Shown: positions 19,690-29,279 of the stretch, piece after piece
Numbering within the stretch: the stretch's first letter is position 1
How the letters are laid out: every line of letters starts with the position of its first letter
Origin: Omnitrophica bacterium GWA2_41_15
GTDB lineage: Bacteria; Omnitrophota; Gorgyraeia; Gygaellales; Profunditerraquicolaceae
Direction: 5' to 3'
DNA length: 62,141 bases
NCBI GenBank assembly: GCA_919902445.1
Contig: CAKKQZ010000060.1
Span: 1 to 62,141 of the forward strand
Notes under the pieces: model-generated
What the model saw: only the letters and a program-made list of their open reading frames with translations
What the model was told of the DNA's origin: nothing
Databases searched by the model: none
Translations under genes and position numbers: made by a program

Positions 19690-19714
19690 CATAATGTACA
19701 AAATAGAGTATTCT
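19686..19714 (+). promoter_or_regulatory. sigma70-type promoter (TTGACA-17 nt-TATTCT), near-leaderless
   Basis: The -10 ends at 19714 and the ATG is at 19726, leaving only about 5 nt of leader and no RBS. Confidence 0.5.
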
Positions 19715-19725
19715 ATTATGCAGAT

Positions 19726-21012
19726 ATGATTAAAGAGAGAAAGGTATTCAAAAAACTATTAGTTGAAACGGGCAATGATAAGGTGTCGGTTGTATTGGGG
19801 CCGCGTCAGACCGGTAAAACCACCGCCCTTAAGTTTATACATGAAGCGCTAATAGGCCGCGACAAGGCGAGCGGCATATTTCTGGATTTGGACATATATT
19901 CCAATTTTGAGAAGGTCTCAAGCTACGAAAACGCATTGGCTACTTTTAAGTTAGCTGGGTATAATCCACAAAGCCCAAAGAGATTTTATGTCTTTCTCGA
20001 TGAGTTTCAAAGATTTAATGACCTCTCCATAATCATCAAAAATATTTATGACCATCATAAGAATATAAAAATATACGCTACCGGCTCATCATCTTTGGCT
20101 ATAAAACACAAAATACAGGAGAGCCTGGCCGGCAGAAAGATAATCACCCATTTATATCCGCTGGACTTTGAAGAATTTCTGCATTTTAAAGGAAGGAAAG
20201 AGCTGGTTACACAGGTAAAAAATACTTCTTTGTTAAATGGAGATAATTTATTTAGAGCCACCAGGGAACTTTATGCTGGGTTAGAGGAGTTTATAATTTT
20301 CGGCGGTTACCCTGAAGCCGCCTTAGTGGATAAAAAACAGACAAAGATAGAGATCCTAAAGAGCATCTTTGATCTATATGTAAAGAAGGAGCTGGTTGAA
20401 TACCTCAAACTTGATAAAATCCTTGAAGTAAAAAAACTGATTCAATATTTAGCGGTCAATAATGCCCAGAAGATCAAATATCAGAATATCGCCCAGATCG
20501 CAGGCCTATCACAAAAGACAGTGAAGATCTATATAGAGCTGCTTAAGGAAACTTTCCTGATAGCCGAAGTAAAGCCATTTTTCACGAATAAAAACAAGGA
20601 ATTAGTAAAAATTCCTAAGGTTTATTTTTTAGATTCAGGCGTTGCCAATTTTTTTATTAATAATTTTAACGGCTTTGAATTAAGGAAGGACGCACCCTTT
20701 TTGTTTGAAAATTATGTCCTCTCGGAATTGATTAAAGGCGGCATAGAGCCGGATACAATTAAATTCTGGCAGGATAAAAACCAAACTGAAGTAGACTTTC
20801 TGCTTGAAGGAAGCAAAAAGTTAACAGCAATAGAGGTAAAATTTAAACAGTCGTTGGCAAGCGACGATTTATCCGCGTTTAAAATCTTTGGAAGGGGCTA
20901 TTCCGGCGCGAGGTGCTTTTTAGTTAACTTATCCTGTCAGAAAGCCTTTAAAAAAGTAAAGGCGTTACTGCCTTATAAAGTTGCGCATACGATTCTTTCA
21001 TTTCATGCATAA
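19726..21012 (+). CDS. AAA+ ATPase with DUF4143-type C-terminal domain (COG1373 family)
   Basis: Walker A GPRQTGKTT and Walker B VFLDEFQ. Overall pattern is shared with the ORF at 23978. Confidence 0.8.
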   Translation: MIKERKVFKKLLVETGNDKVSVVLGPRQTGKTTALKFIHEALIGRDKASGIFLDLDIYSNFEKVSSYENALATFKLAGYNPQSPKRFYVFLDEFQRFNDLSIIIKNIYDHHKNIKIYATGSSSLAIKHKIQESLAGRKIITHLYPLDFEEFLHFKGRKELVTQVKNTSLLNGDNLFRATRELYAGLEEFIIFGGYPEAALVDKKQTKIEILKSIFDLYVKKELVEYLKLDKILEVKKLIQYLAVNNAQKIKYQNIAQIAGLSQKTVKIYIELLKETFLIAEVKPFFTNKNKELVKIPKVYFLDSGVANFFINNFNGFELRKDAPFLFENYVLSELIKGGIEPDTIKFWQDKNQTEVDFLLEGSKKLTAIEVKFKQSLASDDLSAFKIFGRGYSGARCFLVNLSCQKAFKKVKALLPYKVAHTILSFHA

Positions 21013-21030
21013 TGAGGACGGGAAAAAAAG

Positions 21031-21405
21031 ATGGACAAAATACTGATTATTCAAGACAGCCCTTCCGTGAATGCGATGTTTAAGTTCAGATTGGAATCAG
21101 CGGGGTTTTTCGTAGAGACAGCAGAGTCCGGTGAAGAGGGGATTAAAAAGGCAAAAGAAGCGCAATACCAACTTATCTTATTAGATTACACCCTTCCCTG
21201 TATGGATGGCGCAGAAGTATGCCGGATTTTAAAAAGCCAAAAGCATACCAAAGATATACCGGTGGTGTTTATGTCCGCTAAAGAAGAAGACGAGATATGC
21301 AAAATTACAGAAGACGCAGGCGCTAACGGTTATGTTTGCTTACCTCTTGAAGGAAAAGAATTGGTGGAGAAGATAGAAAGCCTGATAAAAAGTAGTAAGT
21401 TGTAA
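21031..21405 (+). CDS. single-domain response regulator (CheY-like)
   Basis: Receiver motifs ILIIQD, LILLDYTLPCMDG, VVFMSAK. Confidence 0.85.
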   Translation: MDKILIIQDSPSVNAMFKFRLESAGFFVETAESGEEGIKKAKEAQYQLILLDYTLPCMDGAEVCRILKSQKHTKDIPVVFMSAKEEDEICKITEDAGANGYVCLPLEGKELVEKIESLIKSSKL

Positions 21406-21422
21406 GTGGTAAGTCGTAAGTG
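21395..21422. repeat. tandem heptamer (GTAAGTN)4
   Basis: GTAAGTT GTAAGTG GTAAGTC GTAAGTG overlaps the CheY-like stop codon. The 12-mer AAGTCGTAAGTG recurs at 23887-23898, on the MCP stop codon. Confidence 0.6.
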
Positions 21423-21439
21423 AGAATGGAGATTATCTG

Positions 21440-21946
21440 ATGGAAGAAGAAAAGAAAATTACCCTTTACGAAGCGGATATCTATGAAAGGCAAGAGCCCA
21501 AAGAGGAAACACGGCAATTCATAATCTTTCGGATTTCCTCTGAATGGTATGCGCTTGAGATTATCAAGGTAAGAGGGATAACTAAGATAGACAAGATTAC
21601 TTATTTACCTTCTGCCCCGGGATATATTTCCGGGATTGTAAATTTGAGAGGCAATATTTTATCGGTTACAGATTTAAAAACCATCTTTGGCCTTGCTCAA
21701 GAGGAATTGACAGAAAAATCAAGGTTAATCGTAATTGAATTTGGGCCTTTAGAGACCGGTCTTTTGGTGGATGAAGTGGCTTGTGTGGCGGATGTCGCTG
21801 TAACCAGAATTGACCCCACGCTTACTACTTTGCCGCCAGAGAAAGCAGGGTATATTGAAGGAGAATTTAAATTAGAAGATAGATTAGTGGGGATATTAAA
21901 GGTAGAGAAGATATTAGCCAAGATTGAACCGCAAGTGGCAGGATAA
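21440..21946 (+). CDS. cheW: chemotaxis coupling protein CheW
   Basis: FIIFRISSEWYALEI...GIVNLRGNILSVTDL...VDEV is the CheW-domain pattern. Confidence 0.85.
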   Translation: MEEEKKITLYEADIYERQEPKEETRQFIIFRISSEWYALEIIKVRGITKIDKITYLPSAPGYISGIVNLRGNILSVTDLKTIFGLAQEELTEKSRLIVIEFGPLETGLLVDEVACVADVAVTRIDPTLTTLPPEKAGYIEGEFKLEDRLVGILKVEKILAKIEPQVAG

Positions 21947-21986
21947 CTTACGGCTTATGATTTACGACTGAAACGGAGGCAGGACA

Positions 21987-23894
21987 ATGACAAATATATT
22001 TAATAAGAGTTTAAAGAATAAAATTATCACCCTGGTTTTATCGCTAGTGCTTATTTGTATCGCGGCTGTGGGAGCCTTAGGTTACTTCTCAGGAAAGGCC
22101 GCGATTGAGAAGCAGGTTAAGGCCGGTTTACTCTCTATTGCTGAGTCACGGGAGCAGGCGATTGCCCAACTTTTAAAATTCCGCTTTGAGGAGATTGAGA
22201 TTTTGGCTACGAATAAAATCTTACAGGATATTATGGAGGCATGGAACAAAATAGAAGCGGGTGAGCCGGTGGAGAGGATTGCCTTAAAGAAAAATACGGA
22301 TAGCTTTGTGGAAATAGAGCTTCCTGAATATAGGCAAGTTGCGCCGTCTTTTTACGATTATATTTTTATCGGAAAGACAGGTAAGGTTTATTTTGCCACG
22401 GATAAATCTATAATAGGTAAAAACCTATCCGAGGATTAGAGATTTAAAAGAGGCCTAAAAGAAAAATTCCTTAGTGATGTAAAAATGGATGAGAAAACCG
22501 GCAAGCCGCATAGAGAAACGATTGTGCCCATATTTTCACATCAGGCAATACATAAAGAGCCGATAGGCGTAGTGATGGTGAAGACAAAAGTAGAGGTGCT
22601 GAATAAGGTTACTACGAATAGGAAAGGGATGGGTGAGACCGGCGAAGTTTATATTGTGAATAAAGACGGCTTTATGATTACTGAAAGCAGGTTTATAAAA
22701 GACGCGATTCTTAAACAAAAGGTAGATACTGAACCGGTAAGGTTGTTTCAGAGAGAGAAGAAGGTGATGACCGGCGTTTATCCGGATTACCGCGGGGTGC
22801 CGGTTTTGGGCGCTTCTATGGGTGATGAGCTGGCAGAAGAATTTGGTTATTTAGGCTGGACAATTCTTGCAGAGATAGATGCTCAAGAGGCATTTGCGCC
22901 GATTATTGCCTTAAGAAATCACATCCTATTTGTGGGTCTTCTGATGAGTATTTTAGCGGTTTTAATTGCTTATTATTTAGCTATCCAGATTTCCCGGCCC
23001 CTAAAAGAAATTTCTATTCTGGCTAAGGCCGTGGCAGGAGGTTACTTAAACCAAGAAGTTAAAGAATATAAGTCAGAAGATGAGGCCGGGGTGCTTTCAA
23101 GGAGTATGAAGGAGATGGTCACAAATTTAAGGGGATTGGTCAGCCAAATTAACACCGCCTCCCTCTCTATAACCTCCAGCGTCTCTCAAATCCACTCTTC
23201 GGTGGAAGAAGAAGCCAGCGGAGCCCAGGAGCAGTCCTCATCCATCACTGAAATCGCCTCTACCATTCAGGAATTCTCTGCCACTGCCGCCAAGATTGCC
23301 GAAGGAGCGGAGAAAGTAGCTTTAGTCGCGGAAAAGACCCTCTCCGGCATCCAGCAGATGCATACCAAGATAGAGGAGACTTCTCAAAAGATGCTCTCAC
23401 TTGGCCAGCGCTCCCAATCCATAGGTAATGTCACCAAGCTTATTGATGATATTGCCGAGCAGACCAACCTCTTGGCCTTAAACGCGGCTATTGAGGCCGC
23501 CAGAGTCGGTGAGCAGGGTAGAGGTTTTGCCGTAGTGGCTTCAGAAATCAGGAAATTAGCCGAGCGCTCCAGTGAGTCTACCACGGATATCCGTAACCTG
23601 ATCACAGAAATCCAGAATGAAACCTCCTCCACCATTATGGGCATTGAAGAATCCTTAAAATGGGCGCAAAAAGGCTTAGAGCTTACCCAGGAAACCACCC
23701 AGACCGCCAAAGAAATCTCGCTTGCCACCCAGCAACAACGCTCTGCCTCAGAGCAGACGGTTATCGCAGTCCAGTCTATCAACACCGTGGCCAAACAATT
23801 TGCCGCCTCAGCCAAGCAGACCGCTGCCTCAGCCACACAATTAAACCGGCTGGCAGGCGAACTGAAGAAGGCAGTGGGAGGGTTTAAGTCGTAA
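21987..23894 (+). pseudogene. methyl-accepting chemotaxis protein interrupted by one in-frame TAG (22437-22439)
   Basis: ORFs 21987-22439 and 22485-23894 are in the same frame with no other stop between them. Read-through gives TM1 - Cache-like - TM2 - HAMP - MCP signalling domain ([33 protein letters not shown]). Confidence 0.75.
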
Positions 23895-23942
23895 GTGGTC
23901 AAATGTGAGAAGTAAAAAGTGCATTAAGAATGCAAATTTGTC

Positions 23943-23971
23943 TTGACACACCATAACCATAATGATATAAA
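23943..23971 (+). promoter_or_regulatory. sigma70-type promoter (TTGACA-17 nt-TATAAA) giving a leaderless mRNA
   Basis: The -10 ends at 23971 and the ATG at 23978 is exactly where a transcription start is expected. Confidence 0.55.
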
Positions 23972-23977
23972 GAAGTT

Positions 23978-25207
23978 ATGCTAAGACAAAAAGATAAATA
24001 TATTCCTCGATTTATAGAAAAGGCCCTAAAAAATTCGCTGAAATATTTTCCTGCTTTAGCTCTTAGCGGCCCACGTCAATCTGGCAAGTCTACTTTGGTT
24101 AAACATATTTTTTCTAAGACCCATACATTTATTTCATTTGATGACCCGGTTACCAGAGAGATGGCAATTTCTGACCCCAGATTATTTTTAGAAACCTGCG
24201 GCGAAAAGATAATCCTTGATGAGATCCAATATGTCCCTGAGTTGCTCGCGTATATTAAGATACTCATTGATAATAGGCGCCAAAAAATGGGCAGGTTTGT
24301 TATTACCGGTTCGCAGCAGTTTAATCTGATAAAAAATATTGGAGATACCTTGGCGGGGAGAATCGCATTATTTGATTTACTCCCTTTTAGTATTGAAGAA
24401 AAAGGAGAGGTTTCATTCTTAAGCAAGATACTTTCCTCTGCCGAGGGCTGTTTTATACACTCTTGTTTACGAGGCTCTTTCCCCGAGGTTACTATTCAGG
24501 CGAATATAGATGCGCGCACCTGGTATGGTAGTTACTTGCAGACGTATCTTGAGCGAGATATCCGCACAATTTACGACGTAGGTATTTTGAGAGAATTCCA
24601 GCAGTTCTTGCGGTTATTGGCCGCTCGCACTGCGCAAATATTGAATTTAAGTAGCCTGGCTTCAGATTTAGGAGTAAGTGTTAACACAATTAAAAAATGG
24701 CTTTCAATATTAGAGGCGAGCCGGATTGTTTATCTCTTAGCCCCTTACTACCGAAATTTAGGTAAACGAATCAGCAAGAGCCCAAAGATATATTTTTTAG
24801 ATTTAGGATTAACCTGCTATTTGACCGGCATAAGCAATAAAGAGAGCCTGCTCGGCGGGCCTTTATCCGGAGCATTATTTGAGAATTTTATTATCCAAGA
24901 GACATTAAAATACTTTTTTAATAGAGGCATAAGCCCAAATCTATTTTACCTGCGGACCCATAATAATCTGGAGATTGATTTGATTATAGAAAATAATCTT
25001 GAGCTTTATCCGTTTGAGATTAAATTGACTAAAACGCCCAATATAAGAATGGCCGATTCTATAGAAAGATGCAAAAAAATATTCTCCAAATTAAAGATTA
25101 ATACGGGCAGGATTATTTCTTTAGCCCAAAACGACATAAATCTCACCAAGAACGTATCAGTAATGGGGCTGAATTCCTATCTGAGATATTTAAAGCGGTT
25201 TATTTAG
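23978..25207 (+). CDS. AAA+ ATPase with DUF4143-type C-terminal domain (COG1373 family), second paralogue
   Basis: Walker A GPRQSGKST and Walker B IILDEIQ. Same architecture as 19726-21012. Confidence 0.8.
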   Translation: MLRQKDKYIPRFIEKALKNSLKYFPALALSGPRQSGKSTLVKHIFSKTHTFISFDDPVTREMAISDPRLFLETCGEKIILDEIQYVPELLAYIKILIDNRRQKMGRFVITGSQQFNLIKNIGDTLAGRIALFDLLPFSIEEKGEVSFLSKILSSAEGCFIHSCLRGSFPEVTIQANIDARTWYGSYLQTYLERDIRTIYDVGILREFQQFLRLLAARTAQILNLSSLASDLGVSVNTIKKWLSILEASRIVYLLAPYYRNLGKRISKSPKIYFLDLGLTCYLTGISNKESLLGGPLSGALFENFIIQETLKYFFNRGISPNLFYLRTHNNLEIDLIIENNLELYPFEIKLTKTPNIRMADSIERCKKIFSKLKINTGRIISLAQNDINLTKNVSVMGLNSYLRYLKRFI

Positions 25208-25210
25208 TAG

Positions 25211-25891
25211 ATGGATAACCAAAGCGTAGACAAACTATTCGAACTTTCCATATTGGCAGAGAGAATAATGCAGGATTATTATTCTGGTTTGACCGAGAAG
25301 TTTTCTCACCTGCCGCAAATCCAGGCTTTTTGGCAGAGTATGGCTGATGACGAAATCGAACACATCCAGGAATTAGAAAATACCCGCAAAGAGATAGGAT
25401 TTGAGAAACTCTTTTTACCGGTTGGCCCTGAACTATTTGAAAAAATAAAGTGCGGCTTAAAGTTTTCCGTCCTGGATATGTTAGGGAAAGTTAAAAATTT
25501 AGATGAGGCCTATGAATTTAGCCATGAGCTGGAGTATTCTGAGTCAAACGCAATCTTTAAGTTCCTAGCCACAAAGTTTATCAGCTCTTTAGAGCGGGAG
25601 AAGTTTGTGAGTGAAATAATTGCCCGCGCAAATTCAAATTTAGCTTCTGCCCTTACTGTAGATACCAGCGCAAACGTAACCGGGCTTTTGTATCAATACG
25701 ATACTACTAATACCGGAGAAACAGATATTGCCTCCGCAACCATAACCGGAAGCCTGATTGCAAATCAATTTGACGGGAACTCCATAAGCTCTATGACTAT
25801 AACCTATAATCCTTCGGCTATTCCTGACCCGCCGCCAGAAGGTTTTGATGGTTTTACCACCAAGAAGGCAGATTCCTGGAGCGGAAATTGA
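25211..25891 (+). CDS. ferritin/rubrerythrin-like N-terminal domain fused to an unrelated Thr/Ser/Asn-rich C-terminal segment
   Basis: N-terminal ~135 aa has ferritin-like helices (MADDEIEHIQELE, ELEYSESNA). From about 25620 the character changes to TVDTSANVTGLLYQYDTTNTGE...ITYNPSAIPDPPPEG. Confidence 0.45.
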   Translation: MDNQSVDKLFELSILAERIMQDYYSGLTEKFSHLPQIQAFWQSMADDEIEHIQELENTRKEIGFEKLFLPVGPELFEKIKCGLKFSVLDMLGKVKNLDEAYEFSHELEYSESNAIFKFLATKFISSLEREKFVSEIIARANSNLASALTVDTSANVTGLLYQYDTTNTGETDIASATITGSLIANQFDGNSISSMTITYNPSAIPDPPPEGFDGFTTKKADSWSGN

Positions 25892-25930
25892 TACAATTAT
25901 TTAGATTTTATGCTATACTGTTAAATTAAT

Positions 25931-27550
25931 ATGAAAGCCGAATTCGAAAAAATCCTAGCTAATTTATTCTCCAAGAAAATTACTTCTATTATTGTAGTTG
26001 ATATCAGCTCCGAACTTAAACTGCTTAATGTTGAACTTAATGGCCAGCCGAAAATCACAGCCATTAAAACAACCGTTCTGCCTACGGATAAAAAGGACGA
26101 GTCCATCATTGAGTCGCTGCGCTCATTTATTAAAGAAAATAACATCCATCATAATAACGCAATCCTTAGCCCGGCATTAAAATCATTCCTTATTAAGCGC
26201 CTGCAACTGCCGGCAGTGCCTAAGCAGGAATTGCCGCAGACTTTAAGGTGGCAGATTAAGGATGAGGCATCCTTTGATGCTTCAAAGGCTCTCCTTGATT
26301 ATCAGATTATCAAAAAGACAGTTAAAAGCGATGGTTCAGAGGTTCTCGATATTATCTGTGTTGCTGCAGAATACGAAGAGGTTAAAAAACAGGTTCTGTT
26401 ATTAAAGCAGTCAGGCCTTACCTGCCATTCGGTAAATATCCTTCCCTTCGGATATGCAAGGTTAATAGAAAAATATATTAACCAGCAGGATAGCCAGGCA
26501 ACCGGGGTTTTACATCTTAAAGAAGATGCCTGCTACATTGCGCTTTTTAAAAATAACAAACTGGATTTTTATAGAGATATTCCGGTGACAATTAACAGGT
26601 TAAAAGAGCTGCTGGGAGGCACGTTGGTTACGGATGCCGGAAAAGTTCAATTGACTGCCCTGGAAATCGAGGAAGCTTTGTTCAAACAAGGGATTCCTGT
26701 CGAAGTTTCCGCGAACGTTAAGGGGATGACCGCAGGGCAGATTTTAGGGATGTTGCGCCCGGAATTAGAACGGCTGGCACAGGAGATAAAGCGCTCCCTC
26801 GCTTATTATGATTCACAGTTTCAAGGAGGCCCTGTTAAAAAGATTCTGCTATCCGGAAAAGGGGCAGGGATAGTTAATTTGGATAAGTTTTTAAGCAGTG
26901 AGTTGGCTATGGATATTTCCAACCTTTCCTTGGCGCAAAATATCGGCTTAAGCCGGGGAGTAAATCCTGATTTACTATCGGAAAATTACGCCGCCTTTGG
27001 TTTGACTTTTGACTGTGAAACAGGAGTAAACCTCCTTCCGCCAGAATTCCGCAGCGAGAAGATAGAAAAGTTTCAAAAGGTGTCTTTGCGTTGGATAGCT
27101 TTTGTTGCGGCATTGCTTCTTATTTTATCTTTTTTCTTAGGAAAAGCAAGGATAGCGGCTTATCAGAAGCGCCTTGAAAATTCACTCTATCAGTTGACTA
27201 TATTATCGGAGATTAAACAAATAAAAGTGCGTATCGATGCTCTTAATACCTTCGAAGCGCAGATCCGCGGATTGGAAAGCCCGTTAGGCGCTATCTTAAA
27301 GAAAATAAGCAATATTGCGCCCAAGGAATTGTTTTTTAACACGCTATCACTGGATTGCGAAACTAAGTTAGGTTCCATAAGCGGATTCGTCAAGGGGGCA
27401 GGCGGTAATCCGGATAGCATCCTCACTCAGTTTATAAGCGATATGAATAGTTCCGGTTATTTTAAGAATATAAATATTTCCTCGGTGACAAAGAGTTTCG
27501 TACAGGGCCAAGGGGTGGCTGCTTACGAAGTCAACTTTAAAGTGCAATGA
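25931..27550 (+). CDS. pilM: type IV pilus assembly PilM-PilN fusion
   Basis: Actin-like PilM region of about 370 aa, then LLPPEFRSEKIEKFQK plus a TM helix and a PilN-like periplasmic part. Confidence 0.75.
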   Translation: MKAEFEKILANLFSKKITSIIVVDISSELKLLNVELNGQPKITAIKTTVLPTDKKDESIIESLRSFIKENNIHHNNAILSPALKSFLIKRLQLPAVPKQELPQTLRWQIKDEASFDASKALLDYQIIKKTVKSDGSEVLDIICVAAEYEEVKKQVLLLKQSGLTCHSVNILPFGYARLIEKYINQQDSQATGVLHLKEDACYIALFKNNKLDFYRDIPVTINRLKELLGGTLVTDAGKVQLTALEIEEALFKQGIPVEVSANVKGMTAGQILGMLRPELERLAQEIKRSLAYYDSQFQGGPVKKILLSGKGAGIVNLDKFLSSELAMDISNLSLAQNIGLSRGVNPDLLSENYAAFGLTFDCETGVNLLPPEFRSEKIEKFQKVSLRWIAFVAALLLILSFFLGKARIAAYQKRLENSLYQLTILSEIKQIKVRIDALNTFEAQIRGLESPLGAILKKISNIAPKELFFNTLSLDCETKLGSISGFVKGAGGNPDSILTQFISDMNSSGYFKNINISSVTKSFVQGQGVAAYEVNFKVQ

Positions 27551-28107
27551 AAAAACTTTCTCGTGAGCAGGAAAAGATTATTTATATTACCGGTGTGGCA
27601 ATAATCTTTTTAATTTTATTTATTATCTTTGTTTATTCCCCCCAGAAGCGAAAATTATCCGATATCAAAAAGAAATTAAGCTATGCTGAAAGCGAGATTG
27701 CCGAGATTAACCGGATAACGCAAGGCAAACCCCTCGAGCAGGCAGTCAGCGGCCTGAATCTACAGCTTAAGAATCTTACTGCGCAGTTGCCTTTTAGGAT
27801 AGAAGATGTGGTAAAGAGCTTATCGGATGCAGCAAGGCAATTTAAAGTAGATGTAAAAAATATTGCCTTTTCAGCGGAGCAGAAATATTCCGGTAAAATC
27901 CCCGGTTATATTGTTAAAGAACTGCCTATTTCCATGAAACTTTCCAGCGAATACAAGAACTTGGGCGAGTATCTGCATAAATTAAGGACAGATTTTCCGG
28001 TTTTTATCAGAGTGAAGCAGCTTGCCATAGAGGGTAGCGGAGAAGGAGTGCCTGAGCTATCAGTATCTTTACAGGTCTCTGCTTATTTATCGGAAAGCCA
28101 GCAATAA
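27547..28107 (+). CDS. pilO: type IV pilus assembly PilO-like protein
   Basis: N-terminal TM, coiled coil and C-terminal ferredoxin-like part. Translationally coupled to pilMN. Confidence 0.65.
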   Translation: MKKLSREQEKIIYITGVAIIFLILFIIFVYSPQKRKLSDIKKKLSYAESEIAEINRITQGKPLEQAVSGLNLQLKNLTAQLPFRIEDVVKSLSDAARQFKVDVKNIAFSAEQKYSGKIPGYIVKELPISMKLSSEYKNLGEYLHKLRTDFPVFIRVKQLAIEGSGEGVPELSVSLQVSAYLSESQQ

Positions 28108-28109
28108 AG

Positions 28110-28559
28110 ATGGATGATAAACAGCGAAAACTCTTAATTATAACTCTTATTTTAATCCCTGTTTTCATTCTTGCTTTAGCTAGTAGTATAAGAAAAATAC
28201 AGCCAAGATATAAGCCGTTGCCTAATTTATCAACGCCTGCTGGGCAATTACCTGTATTATCCACAGCAGAAGCCCCTAATTCAGCTGTACCGGTTGGCGC
28301 ACCCGAGCAGAAAAAAGATGATTCAGATTGGATAAGATGCCCCTTTAGCGGAAAGATTTATTCCGGCAGGGAAGGCGGGACAATAGATTTAAGGCTTACG
28401 GGAATTGTCTGGGATGATAAAAGGCCGCAGGCATTGATCAACGGAGCAATTGTGCAGGAGGGTGATGCCATCGGAAACTTTAGAGTCCTAAAGATATATA
28501 AAGATAAAGTTAAGATCTTCTCAGAGGGGACTTATTTTGAAATTCGGCTAGAGCAATAG
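28110..28559 (+). CDS. PilP-like small membrane-anchored pilus assembly protein
   Basis: TM helix, Pro-rich linker, and a C-terminal beta domain shared with ORF 2091-2516. Confidence 0.5.
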   Translation: MDDKQRKLLIITLILIPVFILALASSIRKIQPRYKPLPNLSTPAGQLPVLSTAEAPNSAVPVGAPEQKKDDSDWIRCPFSGKIYSGREGGTIDLRLTGIVWDDKRPQALINGAIVQEGDAIGNFRVLKIYKDKVKIFSEGTYFEIRLEQ

Positions 28560-28565
28560 AGCAAT

Positions 28566-28590
28566 AGGGACGTTCCCTCAGGTGCCACCC
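28566..28590. repeat. left REP-like inverted repeat AGGGACGTTCCCTCAGGTGCCACCC
   Basis: Its reverse complement matches 29279-29303 at 21 of 25 positions. Contains the hairpin AGGGA-CGT-TCCCT. Confidence 0.7.
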
Positions 28591-28688
28591 TTGACTTACG
28601 TAACCCATTGATTTCCGTTAAGTAAAAAAAATAGTCGTTAGATTTTCCCTCCACAAGCGTCAATTATAGTAGAAAGGAGGGATTTTTT

Positions 28689-29279
28689 ATGCCTAGAAGA
28701 GCGAGGGTTTTAATCGATGGGGGTTATTATCATATCCTAACAAGGGGTAATGACCGCAGAAAGCTATTTCGCTACAAATCAGATTACAGGTATTTCATAA
28801 ATATCTTGAAAAAATATTTAGCTAAATCTAATCTCAATATTCTTAATTACTGTATTATGCCAAACCATATTCATTTATTGATTCGCGCGGAAATTGCCCA
28901 GGAATTACCTAAGTTTATGCAGGGGGTTCTTCAAGTGTACGCGGATTGTTTTCGCAAAAAATACAATTCTACGGGATTTGTTTTCCAAAACAGATACAAA
29001 AGTTTACTTATTGAGAAGGATAGTTACCTTTTTGAGTACGGGCGCTATATCGAACGCAATCCTTTAAGGGCCGGTATAGTTCAAAACCTCTCTGATTACG
29101 AATTCAGTAGTTATGCCTTTTATGCGGAGGGGATAAAAGATAAGCTAATCACAGTAATGAATCCGTTATATTTGGAATTAGCTCAGAATGAAATAGAGCG
29201 CCTGCAGTTATACAAAAAGTATGTTTTAACTGAGAGGCCTTACGAAGTCATAGTAGATCAAGCACTTAGGATAAGCTAG
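28689..29279 (+). CDS. REP-associated tyrosine transposase (IS200/IS605 TnpA-like, Y1 HUH)
   Basis: YHILTRGNDRRKLF, HUH motif MPNHIHLLI, FQNRYKS, and catalytic-Tyr region YGRYIERNPLRAG. Confidence 0.85.
   Translation: MPRRARVLIDGGYYHILTRGNDRRKLFRYKSDYRYFINILKKYLAKSNLNILNYCIMPNHIHLLIRAEIAQELPKFMQGVLQVYADCFRKKYNSTGFVFQNRYKSLLIEKDSYLFEYGRYIERNPLRAGIVQNLSDYEFSSYAFYAEGIKDKLITVMNPLYLELAQNEIERLQLYKKYVLTERPYEVIVDQALRIS

Noticed and set aside
22437-22439. TAG recoding (pyrrolysine or genetic-code change) as the explanation for the in-frame amber codon in the MCP
   Set aside because: TAG is used as an ordinary stop by eno (4207-4209), the RelE/ParE toxin (7165-7167) and the fadB-like gene (13011-13013). 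No pyl genes were seen. A nonsense mutation or sequencing error is more parsimonious.
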